From positions 10,416,001-10,480,000 of the forward strand of contig NC_135258.1 of NCBI RefSeq assembly GCF_964204865.1: a DNA stretch of 64,000 nucleotides. Direction: 5' to 3'. Positions 53,409 through 64,000 of this stretch are shown here, piece by piece. Numbering within the stretch: position 1 is the first letter of the stretch; every line of letters begins with the position of its first letter. The notes under the pieces were generated by a model. It did not search any database, had not been told where the DNA came from, and was given only the letters and a program-made list of their open reading frames with translations. Both the position numbers and the translations under genes were made by a program. The stretch is from Styela clava. Lineage: Eukaryota.

Positions 53409-54945
53409 ATGGATACTTTTCATGTACAGCAATTGCCATACGTAAATCCCAGTGATATCTATAAGAATAAAAGACCTGTGAGTCAAAGCAGTCTACCAAA
53501 CGATCATAGTAATGTACCCAACAGAGCACCAAAGTGCGCAAGGTGAGTAATTTGTTTTCCATTTTTATTTATTATGCCTAAATGTTACAACAGTTTCATA
53601 GAAAAATTTCAAATTTACAGGTGTCGAAATCATGGTGAAATCAATGATTTGAAAGGTCATAAACGATTTTGCAAATGGAAGAACTGCGAATGTGTGAAAT
53701 GTAACTTGATTGCAGAAAGACAAAGAGTTATGGCTGCTCAAGTATGTTCGATTAATTCAATTTTTTAGTTCTTGTTTATATCATAACAAATCTTTTGTTT
53801 ACTATATACATTTATATATAAATTTTAGGTGGCACTACGCCGACAACAAGCTCAGGAATCTAATCTAATTAATGCAAAACGTAATTTATATGCAGAGTAC
53901 ATTGATGTTGTTCAAGGTAAATAAATATTTTATATTGTGTATAAGATTTTGTGAATAAGTTTGTAGCAAGATTTAGAATTGCATTATATATTTACAGCAC
54001 CCAAACGAATCAAGTTTGAAACAGATTTAATCACGCCGACATTTGACAGGACTGGTTTGGAATCGCTCTTAGATAAGAACAGTGCTTGCATGGAGAACTG
54101 CAAAACTACGAATAACAGTGATACAACTTCAGGATGTTTCTCATTATCTCCGAACGGTGATGCCTCGACTACTTCAGATTACTCGAATACAGCTAATGAT
54201 AAATGTGGACAAGTTTTGCCAATTCATTCTACTCCAGTGAGAAATTTTCCCAAATTAGGCCAGAAAGATAATTTGGAAATAGGACGAGACGACTCATATT
54301 ACATTGAATCTTGTGAAAATTCAATGAGGAGGTAGGTTTATACAAAATATTATATTGAAATCCTAGATGTAACTGAATATTGTGTTTCATGTTTTTTAAT
54401 ATCTCATTCGTTTTATTGCAGAACGTTCCAGGCATTGGTTCGAACATTTCCAACAATTCTTCCAAGTACGATTCTTGAAAAATTGAACGAATGTGATGAT
54501 AATGTTATCAAAACAATGGAAGAGGTGAGGAATTAATATGTGACTTCAAATCACAAATCTTTCAATTTATTTAGTTATTGCGATCAAACTCATTTGCAAG
54601 ATGCAAGTTGTTTAAAATACCAATTTGTGATCAAAATCAAGTCAATTTGTTTTTCTTTGCTCACTATCAGCACTATAAAACCCTTTAATATGAATTAACT
54701 TTAATTCTTCTCAACAGTTATTGAAGAAGAGATCTGCTTCCTCAACAGAGTCAGCAAACGCTGAAGCATGTTCTCGCCTACCAAAGCAGTTACCCTGTTA
54801 CCCTGGATTATTGGGATATAATTCAACAGTTTTACCAACATCATTCAACCCATCGACTTTTTTCCAAACAGACTTGCTGAAAAGATATCCCTATGTTCCA
54901 TTATTTATCAACCCCTATTCTAGTGTCCAAAGAAATTTAGTATAA
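53409..54945 (+). CDS. dmrt: DMRT copy E, intact
   Basis: Exons 53409-53542, 53621-53741, 53829-53916, 53998-54331, 54422-54524, 54718-54945; DM and DMA domains intact. Confidence 0.93.
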
Positions 54946-56526
54946 ATATTTTGTAAAGAAGGTTTTGTGGGCTGACGAAAATTACATTTTAGTACGAGGA
55001 CACATGGGTGCATGGATGGAAAGGACACATAATTAAAACGCTCTAGAACTTCATACATATTTACCGACTATTTATTTTTGCCTACAATACTTTTTTTATG
55101 ATTTTTCTTGTACATGAATTATATATTTTATTTGAGCAAAATAAATTAAAATATCATTATGAGTCAAGATCGTAGCCAGCCCAAATCGGGGGGAGATCCA
55201 AAATTATTTTTGTATAATGACGTAATACGACGCTTACTCGTGCCTTTTGCTCCGAACAAGGCCAGATTGAAGCAGCCAGCCATTGATGTCTGACTATTTA
55301 TTAAAAAATTTCTCTGCAGACTTACTATGCTGTCAAAGTAATCCAAGATAAATAAGCGCACATTTTCATCTATATCGGTTAATTTGGAGAAAAGATTATT
55401 GATAGTAAAATGGCTCCTCAGCCCAAAAGTCCAAGTCTATATTATAACATGAGTCATTTCAAACCTAAAGTGGCGAGATAGAACGAGTAGTCAAACTCCA
55501 AGGCAGTACAGTATATTAAAAGCATTTATTCGACTTTGTTGCCTGTGTATTTGACACTTAATTTGGTCGATGGTGGTTGTTTATTGGCACCGAACTGCAT
55601 CGTCAGCAATACTAAACAGTAAACACACAATATTCATTTACCAAAGTACTCATTTGGCAATAAAAACTCATTCATTTGCCAAACATGCAGCCTAAATTAC
55701 CAGGAATAACTTTAGACTTTCGTAAAGAAAAATCTCGGCTGGTATAACCAACCAATCAGCTTAAATGTGTTAATGACACAGTGGATAATTCTAATGATTT
55801 GAAATGGAAGTAATAGTACAGAGAAAACATTGTTGGCTCTCACTATAGGTTTTAGAAAAACGCAACGTCATCAGTTCCTTAAAATTGTTAACACTAATTC
55901 ACATTTTGACCTCTCTACAAATGTTATCTATGATTTTAAGTAAAACGCGAAAAGTAAAGCGATCAGTGTCATGTTTTAGAAATAAAATGTTCGCGTATTA
56001 GGTTCACCCCATCGCTCTTAAAATTGAGGTCGAAGCTGATTGTTTAGAGTAGTTTTCAGTTCTGTCTCTATACTTCACTATTCGAAATTAACCTCTTTTT
56101 TAAATATATCATCGTATGTGAATTTTCTGTTGTTACATCCATGATCTTAGCAATATTTAGTAATGCATTATTCCTATAGCCTCACTGTCCAATTTGATTG
56201 AATCAACTTGAACCGACCGTATGTAGGTTATAGAAGCACAGTAATAAAAAAATAATAACAGTTAAGCCACCAAATGACTCGTAGCGGAATCGACCTTTGA
56301 GCATACATTGAATTTTCGAAGCCAATGTCAACGAACAAATTTTATTTGAGTATACTGTACATACATTGTTCAGACTCAGCCAAACAAGCAAACTGTCAGA
56401 GCGATGCAGAGGTTTATAAGGTTGCCTTGCAGATTAGCGTTGTAGTTGCACCTGGCAGTTGTCATGTGATAGATACATCCATAAACAGGCGCAATTATTT
56501 TGTGAAAATAAAATTGGCCTCCAAGT

Positions 56527-56800
56527 AGGGCCGGATTTAGACTATGGATAAGCGATTATCTTTGATAATGACTTCAAAAAATTTCATTGATCGAATTTGA
56601 AGTAAATGTTGAAAATTTAAATTTATGTAAAGTGTGTGACGACATAAATAAAATTTAAATTGCGTCAATACGAAAGCCACCCACCTTAGGGGTTTTATTT
56701 ATTCATTTAAAAACATAATGAAGAAATTCGAAACTGCATGACGAAGCCCACGGCTTGAGGCCCTCTTCAGGCTACCTTGCCTAATGGTAAATCCGACACT
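56527..56800. mobile_element. MITE-like element upstream of PHYH (paralogous copy at ~62067-62352)
   Basis: AGGGCCGGATTTA ... TAAATCCGACACT inverted ends. Confidence 0.5.
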
Positions 56801-56939
56801 GACTTCAAGACTACTGCACCGGTTATGAAATTGTATATTTTGAAATTATATTAGGTAACTTCAGGTTTATTAACTTTTGGATCTTGGAACAAAAGTAATA
56901 TCAATTTCAAGCTTTATACATAAAACGACGAACATTGTC

Positions 56940-59900
56940 ATGACGACGGTTGGTCGACTGAATGTAATCAGGGGCCATATTGGATATGACGCTCCAGAAT
57001 TGGTAAGTTTAGTTTAACTGGTGATTAATTATCTCACATTGTCTAGTATTCAATAATTTAAAATAGTGTTAGAAATGAATTTTCGGGCTCGAATTATCAA
57101 GAAAACTGCTTGGCTAGATAAAATGATTTAATATAAAAAAAAAAATTGTTTCTGACTGTGTCCTCGGCTATAAACCTGGAGCGTTAACCTGATCAGTACT
57201 GGATTAAGCATAAACCAAGATTGGGGCATACCGTGGCTTTGAGTTTATCAGACCTATATTTTCCACGCTGTTTGTTTAATACAGATATCGTTAAAGAGAT
57301 TGGTGATTACTGGACTGAAAATTGATTGTTACTCATTGGGTGCCATTTTCAGGTTACTAAAATGACTTCATCTTCTGGATATCGGTATACTTTAAATTAT
57401 AATGGTAATCTGACGGACGAACAACGACAATTTTACGAGGAAAATGGATATCTTGTAGTGCGTAAGCTTGTTCCACAATATGAGCTTGATATTTATCGGA
57501 AGAGATTTCATGAAATTTGCACAAAGCAGGTCAGAACAAAGTACATATTGGCATATCCAAACGCACATTTTAAATTTGTTTTGCATTATCCTTATATTGA
57601 AAACATAAGGTTTAAATGAATACGTTATGCGCCATTTCGAATACCATGAGTTTACGATGTGTTCATTACAATTGCACAAATCAATTCATCTTTGGGTATT
57701 CCGCAGGCTACGTTTTGCCTGCGATTGATTCACTCTGACACAAACATTTAATTGAACAATATGCATTTTAAAATTAAAGAATCTTTATACTCAATAATTT
57801 TCGGCGATTGATAAATGTAGTAAATAGTTCTGAAAATTGATAAGTCTCAATAAAATACAGAAGATTTGCAAATTGGATGCAAAAGTGAAATATCTGAAGA
57901 AGAAACAAAGTTACACTAAAATGTTTTAATCATCTTATCTGTGTTGAAAAAAAAAGTTTTGTTATGTGTGTGTAAATCATTTATTGAAAATGCTGAAGGT
58001 TGCAATTCCCGGTCTAGGAATGATGAGGGATGTCTCCATTGCCAAAGACAAGTCTATACAAGGAGAAAAGGCAATTAACAAGATTCAGCATTTTCAAAAC
58101 GATCCTGTTCTTTTCAGTTATCTCCACTCTCCAAGGGTAATAAATTCCATATAAATTTTGGTATTAGTAAAATCTTTCATAAATAAATTGCTAATCAATG
58201 AAATTAGGAAACTTTGAGTTAGGTACAATTTGTCTTGTCTAGCGATATCATCTGACAAGTTTGCAACCTGTTTTTAATAAATGCGAGTGGCGAATGCAAG
58301 AAGTAATCTAATTAAAAAGTTAACCTAGCTCGTCATGAAGTCAACTCTGCCATATCTCTTTTTTATTTTTCAATAAAACTCTTCTTGCATTTTTGGGAAT
58401 GCTCATCCAACAAACAATTTCAGTACAAACATTTCATATTTGAGCAAATACGGAGAAACCAGCTGTCATACTGCCAAAACCTATTTCGTACTCTCCAAAT
58501 CACAACCTATTTCGTACTCTCCAAATATTTATTTTTTATTGAAAATCATTAAATGCATTTCAGATCCTTCAATACGTCGAAGCCATTACTGGGCCTGATA
58601 TAACGGCCATTCATTCAATGCTGATAAATAAACCCCCGGACTCAGGTAGGATACTATTAATCATATAAATGTATATGGGGATCCAATGCTAGCGTAGATA
58701 TCTCCAAATTTATTTCAAACTATAAAATCGCAAATCTCAGAGCTTTGCTGATAATCCGAATAAACACATGCGGGCATTCCAAACTGTTTTCCTCTATCAA
58801 TATACTGATTTGCGTTTACTCCTAATAAATGTTCCCTGATCTATTTGTCGTACACTATTAATGTTGCAATAAGGACAAATAACGTAAAAATATTTGCGAT
58901 GTTGACCTAATGTTAATAATTATACAAGGCTATGTTTGCTTTCTTGTCATGGCGCTGCTGTTGTGTTCCTCTCCAATTATGCATGATTCACTGCCTGTTC
59001 ATGTAATGTGAATGATGGTTTAGAAAGGATGATAATAGCGATTACATTCTCATCGATATTGAAAACATGAGACATATTGATAGTTTTGCTAATAAGATTT
59101 TGATACTCATGTGGTTGTTGTTAATTAAATAGGAAAAAAGATTACTTTTGCAATTAATCTCCGCTACTGAACCAATGACTATTAGATTTCCAGCAGTTAA
59201 GGAAGAAAGTGTCTTCTAGATTCTAGACCTAGAAAACCGTAATTCTTACATTTTATCTGGAGCTCATTGTTTCAACCAAACTTTGCTAATCAATGAGTGC
59301 TGTACATTTACACGGGGTTAGTCAACTAGTAACGGTAGGTATTAAATGTCCATTCCCTTGTACATTGTACTATTTTCAGCGCAAGAAACTTTTCACCCAG
59401 TTTGTGTAGACTGTTCAAAATCGCAAAAATATATAATTTGTTATAGGAAACTTAAAAATGTTTTTATCATATTAAGGTAAAAAGACATCTCGGCACCCGC
59501 TTCATCAAGATCTCCATTACTTTCTACTGCGACCTGCAGATCGGATTGCTTGTGCATGGACTGCAATGCAGAAAATTGACAGAAGTAATGGATGCCTTGT
59601 TGTACTGCCAGGAACACACAAGCAACCGTTAAAAGAGCACAAATATCCAGACTGGGAGGTTTGTAATACTGTTCAGTTAGTTGAAGTAGTTAAAATTGCT
59701 CTGAATGCATATGCGATTATCAATGTAGATTGATTCTTTATTTAGCCAGAGCAAATATAATCTAGCATTAATTCAATTCAACATTTTAGGGTGGTGTGAA
59801 TAAAATGTATTATGGAGTAGAAGACTACGACGAAAATGCTCCCAGACACCATCTAGTGATGGATGAAGGTGATACCGTATTCTTTCATCCATTACTCGTT

Positions 59901-60422
59901 CATGGTTCAGGAACGAATGTCAGTGATGGATTTAGAAAGGTGTGTCTCATCTTTATAAAATGGGTTTAAAAATTATTAATAACAAATACATTTTGATAAA
60001 TCAAGGATAAATTGTAAACGTAAGATATTTGAAATTACCCCAATTTTGCGTATAAAGTTTCAAATAAATAATGCAGGTATTTCTAGCGTTTTTCTTTAAG
60101 TTTTCAACGATTGTGTATTGATAGATATTAACAGTTATGTAATTTTGATTAAACTTATCGTTCACTTCCTTCATATGTTTTCGTGCAATATACGAATTAA
60201 TATCAAATTGTACATTTATTTATGGATACTTCATTTCAGGCCATCAGTGGGCATTTTGCCAGCAGCCAGTGTCATTTCATTTTACCAGAAGGAACGTCAC
60301 AGAAAAATTTTGTGGCTGAAGGTGCGGGCATCGTAAAACGTCAAACGGGCAAGGATGTACCTTATGAAGAAGGGGCTCGAACAATATATCGGGCAGTTCA
60401 AGGAATGCGGAAAAACATTTAA
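56940..60422 (+). CDS. PHYH: Phytanoyl-CoA dioxygenase, peroxisomal, copy 1
   Basis: Exons 56940-57002, 57353-57529, 57999-58136, 58564-58645, 59477-59658, 59790-59939, 60240-60422. Motifs: PTS2-like RLNVIRGHI; [16 protein letters not shown]; [25 protein letters not shown]; [18 protein letters not shown]. Confidence 0.95.
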
Positions 60423-60530
60423 TAGTTACCTTGTTTGTAAATATTTGAAAAGAGTTGAAACATATGGTTTCATATTAATTGGGTTTTTTATTAATATAGA
60501 ATCTAAATAAATAATTATCTATTATTAGCT

Positions 60531-60640
60531 ACCAACAGCATTCAACCCATCGAATTTTTTCCAGACAGACTTGCTGGAAATATATTCGTATGTTCCTTCA
60601 TTTATCAATCCTTATTCTAATGTTCAACGAAATTGAATTA
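60531..60640 (+). pseudogene. dmrt: dmrt last-exon fragment at the PHYH duplication junction
   Basis: PTAFNPSNFFQTDLLEIYSYVPSFINPYSNVQRN*, followed by the 3' flank also seen at 54990-55430. Confidence 0.8.
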
Positions 60641-62556
60641 CGTACCAGTACCAGGAAACATGAGTGCATGGGTAGAATGGACACATATATAAAACGCTTT
60701 GAAGTTCATATATATTTACCGACTATTTATTTTTGCCTACAATACTTTTGTTATTATTTTTTTGTGTGAATGAATCATATATTTTATTTGAGCAAAATAA
60801 TTAAAAAGATCACTATGAGTCAAGATCGTAGACCAAAATTGGGGGAAGGGGCAAAATTATTTTTATAAAATGACGTATTACGACGCTTACTCGTGCCTTT
60901 TGCTCCGAACAAGATCAGATTAAAGCAGCCACTGATGGCTAAGACTTTGTTAAGAAATTTCTCTGCAAACTTACATCGCTGTCACAGTAATCCAAGATAT
61001 ATAAACGCGCATTTTCATCTATCTCGGTTCATTTGGAGAAAGGATTATTGATAGTAAAATGGCCTCTCAGCTCACTTGTCTACGCCTATGACTACGACTT
61101 TGTTGCCATTGCATTGGACACTTAATTTGGACGTTGGTGGTTGTATAAAGGCATCGAACTGCATCGTCAGCAATACTAAACACACAATATTCATTTACTA
61201 TAGAATTCATTAGGCAATAAAAACTCATTCATTTGCCAAACATGTAGCCTAAATTACCAGGATAAAAATCTAGGCTGGCATGAGCAACTAACCCGCAACA
61301 CTAAAATGTGTTAATGTGTATGGATAATTCTAATGATTTGGAATAGAAGTAATAGTACAAAGAAAACATTGATGGTCTTTACTATAAGTTTTAGAAGAAC
61401 GTAACGCCATCAGTTCTTTAATTGTTGACAGTAAGTTACTTTTTGACCTCTTCACAAATGTTATCTATGATTTTAGGGAAAATGCGAAAAGTAAAACGAT
61501 CAGCGTCATGTTTTAGAAATAAAATGGTCGCGTGTTATGTTCACCCCATCTCTCCTAAAATTAAGGTTGTAGCTGACTCAATGTATAAAATAGTTTTCAG
61601 TTTTTGTCTCTATACTTCACTATTGGAAATTAAGCACTTTTTATATATTATTAATGTTTTGTAAATTTTCTGTTGTTACACCCGCGCTCTCAGCAATATT
61701 TCGCATTACATTATTTCTATAGCGGGATCCTCTCACTGTTCTCTGAGTCCAATTTGATTAAATCAACTTAAACCGTAATAGTTTATCAACCGTATGTAGT
61801 TCATAAATGTACAGTATCCGTTAAGCCACCAAATGACTCGTAGCGGAATCGACCTTTGAGCACACATTGATTTTACAAAGCCAAAGTCAACGAACCGATT
61901 TTATTTGCTCATACGAATGGGACAAACAAGCAAACTGTTGAAGCGATGCAGGAGTTTTCAAGGTTGCCTTGCAGATTAGCTATGCAGTTGCACCTGGCAG
62001 TTGTCATGTGATAGATACATCTATAAACAGGCGCAATTATTTTTTGAAAAAAAATTGCCTTCAAGTAGGGCCGGATTTAGACTATGGCTATGCTATTATC
62101 TTTAACAATGACGTCATAAAATGTCGTTGATCGATTTTGACGTAAATTATAGATTAATTAAGTTTATGTAAAGTGTATAATGACGCCGTAAATAAATTTT
62201 GAATTGCGTGAATACGAAAGCCACTCACTCAATTAATTTTATTTATTCATTCAAAAACATTATAAAGTAGTTCGAAACTGCACGACGAAGCCTATGGCTT
62301 GAGGCCTCTAGGCTTCTTCAGCCTACCTTGCCTAATGGTAAATACGACACTTCAAGTTAGTAACAAGCAGTGAGTTTGCACTTCAGCATGCTATCTCTTT
62401 TTCAAATAATGAGGCAAATAAACTACTAGTCGCCTACTGTATCGGTTATGAAATTGTATATTTTTAAATATCGGGCAACTTCCGGTTTAAGTTTTGAATT
62501 TTGGAAATAAAGTGTAATCGATCTTGAACTTTATACATAAAACGACGAACATTATC

Positions 62557-63835
62557 ATGGCTGCGGTTGATCGACTGAATGTGATCAGGGGCCATATTGG
62601 ATATGACGTCCCAAAATTGGTAAGTTTAACTAGTGATTTATTATCTCACATTGTCTAGTATTTAATAATTTCAAATAGAGTTGGAAATAAGTTTTCAAGC
62701 TTGAAATTATTAGGGATAAACCGAGCTTTGTTATAAAAATGATTAAATGTGAAAAAAAAAACTGACTGTATCCTCAGCTACAAACAGGAAGCGTTGAAAA
62801 CTGGTCAGAACTGAATTGAGCCTAAAGCCAAAATTTGGGCTCATCGTGGTATTCAGTTTATCAAACCTATATCATCCGCGCTGTTTGTTTAATACAGATA
62901 TTGTTAAATAGATTGGTGATTACTGAACTGAAAATTGATTGTTACTCATTGGGTGTCATTTTCAGGTTACTAAAATGACTTCATCTTCTGGATATCGGTA
63001 TACTTTAAATTATAATGGTAAACTAACGAACGAACAACGACAATTTTACGAGGAAAATGGATATCTTGTAGTGCGTAAGCTTGTTCCACAATATGAGCTT
63101 GATATTTATCGGATAAGATTTCATGAAATTTGCACAAAACAGGTCAGAACAAAGTACATATTGCCATATCCAAACGCACATTTTATTTGTAGCAATTTAC
63201 TTGGAATAATTGCTTTCTAGTATATTTTTGCGAAAATTCGCTTTGTGATTATTTTTGCATTATCCTTATATTGAAACGTAAAATTTAAATGAATACGTTA
63301 TGCGCCATTTCAAATGCCATACGTGTACGATGTGTTCATTACAATTGTACGAGTCAATTCATCTTTGGTTACATCGCTGGCTGCGTTTTGCCTGCGATTG
63401 ATTCACTCTGACACAAACGTTATTGATTCACTTTGACACAAACGTTTACTTGAACAATATGCATTTTAAAATTGAGGAATCTTCATACTCAATAATTTTC
63501 GGCGATTGTTAAATGCAGTAAATAGTTCTAAAGATTAGTAAGTCTTAATAAAATACAGAAGATTTGCAAATTGGATGTAAAAGTGGAATATCTAAAGATG
63601 AAACATAGTTACACTAAAATGTTTTACACATCTTATCTGCGTTGAAAAAATATAATTTCGTTATGTGTGAGTAAATCATTTATTGAAAATGATGAAGATT
63701 GCCATTCCCGGCCTAGGAATGATGAGGGATGTCTCCATTGCCAAAGACAAGTCAATACAAGGAGAAAAGGCAATTAACAAGATTCAGAATTTTCAAAACG
63801 ATCCTGTTCTTTTCAGTTATCTCCACTCTCCAAGG
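62557..63835 (+). CDS. PHYH: Phytanoyl-CoA dioxygenase copy 2, first three exons; runs off the right edge
   Basis: Exons 62557-62619, 62966-63142, 63698-63835, near-identical to copy 1. Confidence 0.92.
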
Positions 63836-64000
63836 GTGAGTATTAAATTCCATAATAATTTGGTATTAGTGAAATCTTTCGTAAATAAATTGTTAATCAA
63901 TGAAATTTGGAAACTTTGAATTAGGTACAATTTGTGGTGACTAGCAATAGTAACTGCTAAGCATATGCTATGTAACCTGTTTTGATAAGGATTGGAAACG

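Noticed and set aside
58478-58527. 23-bp direct repeat in a PHYH intron (also 26 bp at ~63398-63447)
   Set aside because: Ordinary local slippage duplications with no sign of function.

Overview
AT-rich, intron-containing animal genomic DNA. An ascidian/tunicate source is my inference from gene content and style, not something I can prove. In order: (1) the 5' part of a GH5 beta-mannanase gene (-); (2) a multi-exon LRRC27-like LRR gene (+); (3) a secreted mucin-stalk C-type-lectin gene with an apparent frameshift; (4) a young, internally deleted Ty3/Gypsy LTR element (CsRN1/Kabuki-like integrase tail, tRNA-Trp PBS) that has lost gag-pol but keeps a herpesvirus-gB-like (class III fusogen) env, with splice signals for a retrovirus-style subgenomic env mRNA; (5) a ~26 kb array of DMRT (DM + DMA domain) genes arranged as four head-to-head pairs, each pair with exactly one intact member, plus further fragments and a Fox/Ets/GATA/Sox upstream module that persists even in front of dead copies; (6) tandem PHYH genes whose duplication unit starts inside a dmrt last exon. 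Several MITEs, a SINE-like repeat, a hAT transposase relic and a minisatellite are interspersed. Exon boundaries were read by eye from GT/AG signals and frame continuity; no database searches were run.
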